IMG/VR virus record: IMGVR_UViG_3300030110_004304
Location: 1-64,000 of that record
Source: a virus
DNA: 64,000 nt
Strand: one strand, 5' to 3'
The notes under the pieces were generated by a model. The model did not search any database. It was given only the letters and a program-made list of their open reading frames with translations, and was not told the origin of the DNA. The position numbers and the translations under genes are program-made. This document shows, piece after piece, positions 39,101 through 48,600 of the stretch; positions within the stretch are counted from its first letter, which is position 1, and each line of letters opens with the position of its first letter.

Positions 39101-42100
39101 CCCAGGAACTGAAGAGAGCTTTATAGTATCTCCTAAAATTATTTTAGATAAAGCCACAGCAGAAGAATTTGATTTACCTAAAAAATACATAGGTAAAGAT
39201 ATGGTTAAAATATTCGATAGTGTATTAAGAGTTAACTCTAGAAGAGAAGGTGATACTATAGAAGAGCATACTAAAGAATTAGAGATTATGCCATTTATAG
39301 AAGCCCATACATTATTAACTGAAAGAAAGAACGCTGAAGAAGAAGCGGCTAAACAAGCAGCATTTACTGAAGACATGGATAACATGATGACTGAGTATCC
39401 TGAGTACATGCAAGCTTTAATGAGTCAACAACAACCTCAACAACAAGGACCGTCTCCAGAAGAACAAGCTATGATGGAACAACAAATGATGGCTCAACAA
39501 CAAGGAATGCCTCAAGGTCCCCCTCAAGGTAGTATGCCTATGATGGCTAAAGGAGGAATGATTAGGCGTGCTGATGGTTCTTATAGTAGAAGAGGGCTGT
39601 GGGATAACATTAGAGCTAACAAAGGTTCTGGTAAAAAACCTACGAAAGAAATGCTTAAGCAAGAAAAAAAGATTAAAAGTATGCGTTCAGGAGGAAAGAT
39701 GTGTTATAATTATGGAGGAGTAGAAACCCCTGAAGCATACGGATACCATGACTTTGCTCAAGAAGGCTATTCATCTATGCCTGCAGGAGTCACAGATGCA
39801 AGCACTGCAACAAATACAAATAGTGGATCTGGGTGGGGAACTGCAGCAGCAAACGCAGCAGTGGCTATAGGACAAGGTGCGGCTACCAACGATGATTACC
39901 TTTCAAGCGAAGCGGCTATGAATCAAAGTGCTGATCAAATAATAAGTATGATTCCTGGATATGGAGCATTTCACGGATTAGCTTCGGGAGCTTCTGATAT
40001 GGCAAGAGAGCAATTAGGAGAAGAGCAGTATGATTCAGAAGGAAATCCAACTGGATATAAGAAATACGATAATCAAGCAGAAAAAGCAGGAGATGTTTGG
40101 CTAAAACCAGAACATGAATACCATACACAAAATATAGCTGCTATTAAAGAGGGTGAGTCTGGAGCATGGGGAAGATTAGCAATGGGATTAGTACCAGGAA
40201 TGAATCAAACATACACTATGTTAGCAGATGAAAATATAAAATCACAAGCAGCAACTAGAAATGGAGGTAACATACATGCTTATGGAGGCCAGGTAAAAGA
40301 TTATGACTTTGGTGCAGTAATGAGAGGCGTGGGCACAGGATTAGAAACTGCTGCTCCATTATTATCTAAAATACCAGTATATGGTACTCTAGTAGCTACT
40401 GCTGCAGGAGGACTTGGTGCAGGTCTAGGTAATGTAGGAACAGGAGCAGACTTTAAAGAAGTTGCTAGAGATGTTGCTTTCGGTGCCGGGAAAGGTGCTG
40501 CTTCAACTGTACCTGGTTTAGGTGCAGTAGTATCAGGAGCAGAATCAGTAGTAGATTCTAAGATAGAAGATGCTAGTGAGAAAAGAAGTAAGGAATTAAT
40601 TGAACAAGGTGGTGAAGCTGCTGAGAATGAATTAAAAAGACAAAAAACAGATGCCACAGTAAATAAAGTTATCGGACTAGCGGGAACAGCAACAAGCTTA
40701 GGAATGAATGCTGCAGACCAAGCTGCTGGTGAAGCTTCCGACGCATTTGGGGAAGCTGCTTTAGAAGGTACAGCAGACTTAGCAAGTTATGCTCCTGAAG
40801 GAACAACTACTGGAATGGTAGACGGAGCAATGGTATCTATGGCTCCCGGTACTATGGCTTATGGTGGATTTATGAATAGAAACTTCAGAAATGGAGGTAG
40901 ATACAGAACATTTGCTAATGGAGGTCCAGTAGATTCTTACGCAGATATTCCAGCAGAAGATTTAGAATACATCAAAAAAATCATAGCATATGAAAGAACT
41001 CATGGAGCAGAAGATGGTACTGGATTAACAGATGCTAAATGGAGTAAAAACAAAGTTGCTTCTATGGCAGGGGCTACTGATGATGAAAAAGCTGCTTTAT
41101 TTATTTATAATACATATGCTGCAGATAAATCAGGAATGCCTCTTGATTTAAGAATGAGAGCTGTAGATATGCATTTGAATAGTGAAGACCCTACAGGTTC
41201 TATGTTAGTTGCAGCAGGTCTTATTAGTCCTGCTGAAAAAGTAAAGTTACTTTATACAGCAGATAACAAGGGTAAGTTAAAGTACGATCCAGCTAAAGCA
41301 GAAGCTTTGTTAAAAGAATGGGAAAAAACAGATGAAGGTGTGAAAAAATTAGCTGCTCTTGACAAGGCTAAAAAAGATCCTAGATTTATAAAAGCTTTTG
41401 ATTCAGAAAGAATGAGGAGTTATAAAAATACAACTAATAAAGCTGGGGCATTTGATAACACTTGGCGTCCTAGAGTACACATTTTTGATGAAGGTTTTGA
41501 TTATGATGAGTATCAAAATATGCTAACGACTGTATCTGATTTTGATAAGAAAATTGCTGGTTTAGATAATACATCTGCTACTTATGAAGACGATTTAAAA
41601 ATTCTTCAAGAACAGAGAAACGATGCTGCGGAAGATATAAATCTTTTTGAGTATCAAGAAGATCCTAATGACCCAACAAAATTCACGTATACAGGTATTG
41701 GTCAAGAAGATGTGGATTACTTAGCAAGTGATGATGAAGGAGAAGAAGAAGATCCTCAAGATCCTTTTGAAAAAGCTGATCAAGATGATTATACAGCACC
41801 GGATGTTACAGATCTTAAGCCTAAGTTTAAGGACTTAGCAATTGGAGCTGCTCCTGCACTATTCGATATAGGAAGAGGTCTTCTTGAAAAAGATCAACCT
41901 TTAGAACTAAGTAGAATAAACGAAATTAGTAGTCCTCGTATTAATTTAGACGAAGCACAAAAAGCACAAGACAGAGCATTCGCTGCCCAACAAAGTGCTA
42001 TTAGAAACGCTGCTCCAGGAGGAGGAGCCTATCTAGCTAATCAACAAATGGCATATCAAAACTGGATGCAGAATGCTGCTCTACTAAGAGAAAGAGAAGA

Positions 42101-42380
42101 ACAGCTTAATGCACAGATTGCTGGCCAAGACTTAAGAACCAATGCAGGTATTCAAGCACAAAACATAAGATTAGATGCTAAAGAACAAGATTGGAGAGCT
42201 AAACAAAAAGCAGCTAAGATGGATCTAATAGGGTCAGGAATGGGATACTTAGGAGATATGGCTGCAGAAAATAGAAAGAATAAATTTATGGTTCAGCAAT
42301 ATTTCCCAGCAATAGCTCCAGTTATGTCCGACTATATGCAATGGCAAAAAGAAAAAGAAAAAAACGAAGAAACTGATTAA
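36180..42380 (+). CDS. Cargo/ejection protein 1-like polyprotein (2066 aa)
   Basis: GGSHESNPLGG...LVEEGE core, Gly/Ala hydrophobic helices, Q/A-rich C-terminal coil, about 19 xxGG motifs; lies after the muzzle. Confidence 0.75.
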   Translation: MAKRKKITKYPHGGPHNPPALSQQELAQVNQALAAGNTANMNQLMSPGFLQGRHTDFNKDEFKGSPFYGFPEFSGNVTATGNKTGWGFDSTPHNNLTTADLYDQNFISNINSSPLFGVKNYNELTDEKGQKFYAPNWQFKGAPTAPTLYDYHTGTGNRNMPYTGPLTANQWQKNPGNRNPNKAQALKPLSNRQKNLAYKNQWMYNDADGNVVTYGELKGKDKRKPQIAQEEYTTYFKGDKEINEGQYNRGLSSNEKKTNQYNTQLTDYNDALTQLKTSMFPTTPVDPINTSTLVPVTKRYGGRKKYNNGGELTEEEKWNAKREAEYKKKTAEFEKKTAELDAKFEADKLGNAEYKKQLAALEKEKTRVQKVRDNVLKTAEDLNQKKLNLFPNTEDVYSDEQYALNPNLENYEELQWYLNSLNSGYPIGDDGETDFGAPLKTKQEHREVMKNMPQEFRDIFPRQGNYDLYMANKFNPDGTLDEDNYTYHSGRGLYCTPGSTDCYRRAGATDMPIVSGNQGFAKRSKEGKIPFQLISDSEAQPGDIGLKYGYVSKNYAKPELGKTNRVHHTTIAKELGDVNSKGEITNMIAYSPNDGARESFRPVPEYADSPKNVPGEDSDIMFYRYVGQTPQMQANIDNLTAQGYNKEAQQQLAMMPTMGPAYVGGNTPVRTPQAINPIEGMDKRQTRQYLKNPMGQYNYDQYLQLQNNDMVTNNKWGGTVPPAEFKNGGKKGGGDCGCGKPKPGTKPTKSSTSYQSFANGGPKDPPTQEEFDMMDQKSKEALSKQYPGMYKINAGTPTQEQLNQFRAQNMMQMQPTNMELPLPAAESTYVNTPMIGNYAKGGYMGINPDHKGYCTPMSKSTCTPRRKALARRLKPGGDLYRGKKENGGYNYADSGFNSGMPAGVTQRSYLDYINGGPLMANGTVVYDNGGGMEQYSSVPVDSFDTGGSHESNPLGGIPQGPNALVEEGEKKIKIPGTEESFIVSPKIILDKATAEEFDLPKKYIGKDMVKIFDSVLRVNSRREGDTIEEHTKELEIMPFIEAHTLLTERKNAEEEAAKQAAFTEDMDNMMTEYPEYMQALMSQQQPQQQGPSPEEQAMMEQQMMAQQQGMPQGPPQGSMPMMAKGGMIRRADGSYSRRGLWDNIRANKGSGKKPTKEMLKQEKKIKSMRSGGKMCYNYGGVETPEAYGYHDFAQEGYSSMPAGVTDASTATNTNSGSGWGTAAANAAVAIGQGAATNDDYLSSEAAMNQSADQIISMIPGYGAFHGLASGASDMAREQLGEEQYDSEGNPTGYKKYDNQAEKAGDVWLKPEHEYHTQNIAAIKEGESGAWGRLAMGLVPGMNQTYTMLADENIKSQAATRNGGNIHAYGGQVKDYDFGAVMRGVGTGLETAAPLLSKIPVYGTLVATAAGGLGAGLGNVGTGADFKEVARDVAFGAGKGAASTVPGLGAVVSGAESVVDSKIEDASEKRSKELIEQGGEAAENELKRQKTDATVNKVIGLAGTATSLGMNAADQAAGEASDAFGEAALEGTADLASYAPEGTTTGMVDGAMVSMAPGTMAYGGFMNRNFRNGGRYRTFANGGPVDSYADIPAEDLEYIKKIIAYERTHGAEDGTGLTDAKWSKNKVASMAGATDDEKAALFIYNTYAADKSGMPLDLRMRAVDMHLNSEDPTGSMLVAAGLISPAEKVKLLYTADNKGKLKYDPAKAEALLKEWEKTDEGVKKLAALDKAKKDPRFIKAFDSERMRSYKNTTNKAGAFDNTWRPRVHIFDEGFDYDEYQNMLTTVSDFDKKIAGLDNTSATYEDDLKILQEQRNDAAEDINLFEYQEDPNDPTKFTYTGIGQEDVDYLASDDEGEEEDPQDPFEKADQDDYTAPDVTDLKPKFKDLAIGAAPALFDIGRGLLEKDQPLELSRINEISSPRINLDEAQKAQDRAFAAQQSAIRNAAPGGGAYLANQQMAYQNWMQNAALLREREEQLNAQIAGQDLRTNAGIQAQNIRLDAKEQDWRAKQKAAKMDLIGSGMGYLGDMAAENRKNKFMVQQYFPAIAPVMSDYMQWQKEKEKNEETD

Positions 42381-42390
42381 AAAATAAAAG

Positions 42391-45300
42391 ATGGCAAATC
42401 CATATTCAACTCCTTTAACAGCGAGATATAAGTATAAACCACTAGATGTCAGTGTGTTAGCACAACCACTTGCTCAACAACAGCAGCAATATGACTTAAC
42501 AGAACAAGCCGTAGATGCTGCTCAGTTTGAGTTAGCAGGCCTATCTCCAGATAGTGAAAGAGCTAAAGAAATAAAAGCAGTTTTAGGTGAGCAAGTAGGA
42601 GATATTTCTGAAGGACTGTTGTCCAAAAGAGATTATAGAACAGCTGCTAAAAATCTAAATAAACTAAATAAGTTTTATAATAGTAACGAAGAGATAAAAG
42701 CTATTAAAGGAAACTATAATGCTTGGCAAGACGCTATTAAAGAGCAGAAGAAAAGATTAGTTGGAAAAAATGCAGACTTAAGTCAAAAACAATATGAAGA
42801 GTGGTATCAAAAATCTATGATAGAGTTTCGTGACAAAGGAGGTACTGACTTCAGAGACGGAGATTATAACACCATAAATACAATGGGAAGAATGTCCGAC
42901 ATGGACAAAGAAATACAGGATTATGCATATAAATTAGCTAATGCTAGGCCGGATGAAAAGAGAACTATATTAGGAAAAATCCAAGATGTAGCAGGACATA
43001 GATTCAAAGATCAAGTAATAGATACAATAATTACTTATCAAAACAAGGATGACATTACTGCTGAGCTCTACAATCAATTATCTAGTTCAGATAGATTTAA
43101 AAGTTGGTTAGATGAGAAAGCAGAATATAACCATTTCTTCCAAAGTTATGGGAATCCAGAATATGCTGCTGACATGTATGGAAAATATCATGCACATTTA
43201 GATGAACAAGAAGAGAATATAATTAAATCGAAAGCAAAGAAAAAACAAAAAGAAGCAGCATTAGCAAATGTTGAAGAGCAAAGAAGAAGTTTAACAGAAG
43301 GTTATGCTAAAAGCAAAGGAGATTATATTAAAGGTTTGGTTAAAAAAGCCCACACACAAGATTACTTAATGGGAGTATCTTCTAGTATGGCTGATGTATT
43401 TAACTTTCAAGATATAGAATATGATCGTACTTTCGTAGATGATTTTGAAGCAAAAGAAAATTATAAAAGGGCAATGAAAGCTGCTGATGATGCTCAAAAT
43501 ATGTTTTTCTCAGTAAGTCCTGATACACACGTTGCTCCATTAGGACCAAATGGAGAAGTTTTAACAGGAAAAGAAGATCCTGGAGAGCTTATACAAAACT
43601 TAATTGGAACATCTTCTACTACAGGAATGAATTGGACTCCTGGTACTGGTACTGGTTTTAAAGGATTAGAAACTAATATATCAGGAACTCAAGTAGCTTT
43701 AAATAATTTACAATTAAAAATAAATCCTTTAAAGCGTCAAGCTAAAAGAGATCTTCAAGCTGCTAAAACAGAAGAAGAAAGACAAACTATAATTAATAAT
43801 TATAATAGAGATAATGCAGACTTATTCGATAAACAAAAAAGACTACAAAAAGCTTTATCAGAACAGAAAGCAGTATATACAAGAGAAACTGATAGAGTAA
43901 AAATTAATATAAAGAATAATTTAAATAGGTTAATAGCAGAAGGAAGAAAAAAAGGACAAGATGTTTCTTGGTATACTGAGCAATTAAATCTTATAGAAAA
44001 CAATATTTCAGATCCTTGGAATCTTTCTATTTCACAAAATAAAGGGAAAGTTAGTATATCTGGTTACTTAAAAGGGATGCAGGTAGATAGTAAATCTAAA
44101 TATGATAATAGTCCATTATTAGGTGATTTAAGTTTTGCACAGCCTGGTGTTCCCGGATATGATGTAATAAGATTAGATGGTATAACTAGTGCTTCTCAAG
44201 GTACTAATCTTTCAGGAGTTTTAAGCCCAGGAACTGTTGATGCAGGTGTTGCTGCGGGAGCCCTCTTATTAGATTATGCTACATCCGATTCAGGAGGAGA
44301 CATTATTCCTGTACAAAGGATGGCTGGAGAAGATGATAGAAAACAAATACAGAATATTAAAAATAATAACAAAGAAGCAATACTTGAATTTGATGTTTCC
44401 AGCTCTGACTTTGATCATGATTTTGCAGTACTTCCTTATAGCCAATCAGGTTTCGTACAACAAGCTCACGATAGAAAAAATTCTTGGATAAAAATGTTAG
44501 AAGAAGAAGGATATACAATTGTTCAAGGACCACGATCTAATAGTGATAAGCATGCTTATTTAGATGATATAGTAGTACACCATTTAAGAGCTGTTCCTAA
44601 TAGCCTAATAAAAAAGCAAAAAGAATATGTATCAAACCCAAATAAAAATCAAATGGCTATTCTACAAAAAGGGGTCAGTGAAGAATTATACAATCAACAA
44701 ATGAGTAGAAGTACTCAAGATCAAGGGATTATATTAAATGATGCATCTAATTCAGTATCAGGAGGAGTATTTAACCAATTAGTAGATTATCAACAACAAG
44801 ATACTAATAACGCTAATACTCATAGATTTTATATGAATGAAAATGGAAGTTATAGAATGGCTAGTGATGGAATGAATAATGAAGAACCTAATCTAAATTT
44901 ATACGAAGCTAGAGAAGTAGTAGGTACATCTACTGTAGACGGTAAACAAATCCCCCTAATTAGATATGCTTTAAAACAAGATTTAACAGAAGGCCAAATA
45001 ATAAATGAAATTTCTAGAAGTGGTAATGTAAAAGCACAGACAGGAGGAATGAGTGCTGATGAAAAAAGAGTGTGGAGTGCTACTAAAATGGGACTTTTAA
45101 CTGATGATTGGAGAAATGTGTTTAGTACTGATGTAGTAGTAGGAACTCTAGGAACTAGTTTCGCTCTAGGAGAAGCTGTTAAAAATACTAGAAAAACTTT
45201 TGAAAATATAGCAGAATATGGAGACGGAGCACAAACTGCTAACGCTTTAACACAATTAGCTCAAACAGAAATTTCTTTAGATGGTAAAATGCAAGATAGA

Positions 45301-45651
45301 CTTGCTTTAGACTATATAGATTTATTTCAAGGAACAACAAACGAAATAAGAAATCAAGGTACTCCTTTTGCATTCCCAGACGGTTCTTTAGGAAGATATG
45401 ATATTATTTATAGAAGCACAGGGGGAGGAGGAGTTACTCAAGAAATTACTTTAGTAGATGCTAAAAAATATCCTAATGAAACCGTAGGAAAAGAAATACT
45501 TACACAGAGTCTAAGTAACGTAATGAACTCTGATGTTCCTGCCTTTATGAGATCTTATGAATTACTGTATGGAATCAACACTAATCAAGCGTATATGAAT
45601 AATATACTAAATAGAGGACAGAATATTGATGTAGCTAGCGTAGGAAGATAG
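42391..45651 (+). CDS. Cargo/ejection protein 2-like
   Basis: MANPYS...YKPL N-terminus; helical; between cargo 1 and the RNAP. Confidence 0.65.
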   Translation: MANPYSTPLTARYKYKPLDVSVLAQPLAQQQQQYDLTEQAVDAAQFELAGLSPDSERAKEIKAVLGEQVGDISEGLLSKRDYRTAAKNLNKLNKFYNSNEEIKAIKGNYNAWQDAIKEQKKRLVGKNADLSQKQYEEWYQKSMIEFRDKGGTDFRDGDYNTINTMGRMSDMDKEIQDYAYKLANARPDEKRTILGKIQDVAGHRFKDQVIDTIITYQNKDDITAELYNQLSSSDRFKSWLDEKAEYNHFFQSYGNPEYAADMYGKYHAHLDEQEENIIKSKAKKKQKEAALANVEEQRRSLTEGYAKSKGDYIKGLVKKAHTQDYLMGVSSSMADVFNFQDIEYDRTFVDDFEAKENYKRAMKAADDAQNMFFSVSPDTHVAPLGPNGEVLTGKEDPGELIQNLIGTSSTTGMNWTPGTGTGFKGLETNISGTQVALNNLQLKINPLKRQAKRDLQAAKTEEERQTIINNYNRDNADLFDKQKRLQKALSEQKAVYTRETDRVKINIKNNLNRLIAEGRKKGQDVSWYTEQLNLIENNISDPWNLSISQNKGKVSISGYLKGMQVDSKSKYDNSPLLGDLSFAQPGVPGYDVIRLDGITSASQGTNLSGVLSPGTVDAGVAAGALLLDYATSDSGGDIIPVQRMAGEDDRKQIQNIKNNNKEAILEFDVSSSDFDHDFAVLPYSQSGFVQQAHDRKNSWIKMLEEEGYTIVQGPRSNSDKHAYLDDIVVHHLRAVPNSLIKKQKEYVSNPNKNQMAILQKGVSEELYNQQMSRSTQDQGIILNDASNSVSGGVFNQLVDYQQQDTNNANTHRFYMNENGSYRMASDGMNNEEPNLNLYEAREVVGTSTVDGKQIPLIRYALKQDLTEGQIINEISRSGNVKAQTGGMSADEKRVWSATKMGLLTDDWRNVFSTDVVVGTLGTSFALGEAVKNTRKTFENIAEYGDGAQTANALTQLAQTEISLDGKMQDRLALDYIDLFQGTTNEIRNQGTPFAFPDGSLGRYDIIYRSTGGGGVTQEITLVDAKKYPNETVGKEILTQSLSNVMNSDVPAFMRSYELLYGINTNQAYMNNILNRGQNIDVASVGR

Positions 45652-45665
45652 TCAATAAATTTAAG

Positions 45666-45673
45666 TAAATTTG
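45666..45673 (+). promoter_or_regulatory. -7 promoter element (TAAATTTG) upstream of virion RNAP
   Basis: TAnnTTTG in a 36-nt intergenic gap. Confidence 0.5.
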
Positions 45674-45687
45674 GATAAACAATAAAT

Positions 45688-48600
45688 ATGTCGGAAGAAT
45701 TAGAAAATGAAATACCAGAAAACGACTTAGATGCAGTAAGTGGTTTACCAAAAGATTTTGTAGAGAGAAGCGTTATAGGAGGAAAAATGTCTCAGTATCT
45801 TACTCAAAGCGAGGCAGCTATGTCTGGACATATTCAAGGTAAACAAGGAGCTTCAGGATTTAAGGGAAATATGGGACCATTTGTAAATCAAGATTATGAT
45901 TTAAATGAGATGGTAGAAGGGGGAGAATATGAAGATGAAAAACGTTTTGATCCTTTAGGACATCTTGAAACTAAAAATAATCCATATGGTCTAGATGCTA
46001 ATATTCCGAACGGTGTAGACTTTTATGCAAAATTATCAGAGTTAAACCTAAAACAAGGAACCCTGGACTACGAAGATGAGTTAGAAGAAAATCAAGGATT
46101 CTTTGAGGAACTGACTAATACGGGAATAAAGTTTTGGGGTAAAGTCGCTAACTATACTGCATTAGGTATAGCAGGTTTTGTTTGGGGAGCAGGAAAAGCT
46201 ATCGTTAATTGGGATATCGATTCTCTTATGGACAACGAAGTTTTTAGAGGAATGGACGAAGTTGATGAATGGCTTAATAAAAGATTTGTCGTACATGGAG
46301 GAGCAGACTATAGATTAGCCCAGGAAAGAGGTGCGGGTATTGGAGAAAGGTTTTTATTAGATCCTACAAAAGTACTGGCAGATGATATATCAAACGCAGG
46401 ATCTTTCGTAGCGAGTGCTATCGTAACTGAAGTATTATTAGGAGCAGCTACTGTAGCTACTGTTGGTGGAGCTGGACCAGCTTTAGCTGCCAACACTGCT
46501 AGACTAGGAGTACAAGGAGCTAGACTATTTAGTACAGGTGTTAGAGTATTAAGAGGTATAGATAAAATGGCTGACATGGGGGCTGCTTTAAGAAACGCTA
46601 CACGGTTTAAAAATATGGCTGGTACTGGAAGAGCTATATTAACTGGAGCCGGTTTTGAGTCAGCTATGATAGGTAGAGAGACTAAAGATAGAGTTATAGA
46701 AAACCTAGCAGCTGATTATGAAGAATACTATGGAAGACCGCCTTCAGAAGCTACATTAGCAGAATATGAAGAACTTGGTAACAGTGCAATGCGTCAGGCT
46801 TATGCATTGAACCTACCACTAGTAGCAGGTAGTAATATGTTACAGTTCCCTAGACTATTTTTAAAAGGATATAGTGGAGGAAGAAAATTAGTAAACGGAC
46901 TTAGATTTAAAGGAGGAAAGTGGGCTGCTAAATATGATGAATTTAGTAAAATAAGAAAAGCAGGACTTTGGACAAGAAAAAGTTTAGGAAGAGGTGTTAC
47001 TGAAGCCTGGGAAGAATATGCTCAAGGAGCTATGGAAGAAGGACTAGTAGATTACTTTAGTGCTAACTATTCTGCAGACGCCGCAAAAAATGGTGTAGGT
47101 TGGTTAGATGCAATGTCTACAGCTGGTTCAAAATATTTAGGAACTACAGAAGGACAAGATAGTGCTACTATTGGATTTTTAATGGGTATGGTAGGAATGC
47201 CAATGCCTTTTAAAATGAATCAAAAAACAGGAAAAATAGAAAAAGGTTTTGGCTGGTTCGGGGGAGTTGCTGAAGAATTAAGTAATCAAAAGCGTAGAAT
47301 TAAATCTTTAAGAAATGCTGCAGACATGCTAAATCAAACAGATGCAGGACAAGCACTAGCAGCTAACTATCAGAACTTTATAAGAAACATGGCCATAGAG
47401 CAAGATAAAGATAATGCTCTAATGAATGAGGACCCTTTTAGTTTTAAAAACAGTGAGCACGATCAGCTTCATAGTTATGCTATGACTAGACATAACATGG
47501 GACTTTCTGATACTATGTGGCAAGAACTTGATGGATTAGAAAAAATGTCCACAGAAGATTTTAATAAGGCTTATCAATTAAAAGGAGTTGATGAGTGGAC
47601 CGATGCTACTAAAAAAGAAGTTCTAGATAAAACTAGAGCTAAACTAAAAAGAGTGGTAAAAGTAGCAGAAGATGTTGATACTCACTTTAATAACAAAGTA
47701 ATAAGCAATGTTCCTGTTGGTGAAGAGGCAAGTTATGCTGCAGTAAAAGAACAGCTAACATATTTAGCATCTACTATTGACAACGTTGATGCTAGAGAAA
47801 AAGAATTAGAGGATAAGATAAGCAACCTCACAGGGGGCAATGTAAACTCTAATAGCATAAAAGCAAGTAAAACAGTATCTGGAATAAATGAGAAAACAGG
47901 TCAAGCAGAGTTTGGAACATTAAGAGATCCTAAAGGTAGGTTTAAAAGCCAAGACGCCGCTTTCAAGAATCAGATGGAAGAATGGAAAGAAAATGATCCA
48001 GGAGGCTATGCTTTAAACAAAGACGAAGTAACGGATTTATATAACGACACTAAGAAACTAAGCAACAGAAGAAGAGAAGCTGGGGGGCTTTATGAGTTTC
48101 TATTTACTAAAGAAGGAAGTGAATCATTTAAAAAAGTACACGAAAAACTTCAAAAAGATTTTGCTAAAAAAGTAGCAGATGCTGTAAAAGAAAAAGTTAG
48201 AAATAAGGCCAAAGGAACAAAAAACCAAACGCAATCTAATAGAAATAAAAGAGACGCCGAGTCTACTAATACAGATGATATCTGGGGAGAAGAAGCAGAT
48301 CAGCAAGCAGCGGCGGCTAATGATAATGTAATTAGTAAGAAAAAAGGACCTTTAGCAGACTTAGCTAGTGACGAAGAAATGGAACCTGGTATTCCTCAAG
48401 AAGTAAAAGGAATTGATATATTAGAAGATATAGCAGAAAATAGATCTAATACATTCTTAAATAAAATACTAGATGAAGCAGAAAAACGAGGGTACAATAC
48501 ATCCGGTATAAACTCAATACAAGATATTCTGAACATAACAGCTTTCCAAGATCCTGAACTATTTGCTGAGCTACAAAGAATAGCTTTAGAAATGGCCCAA

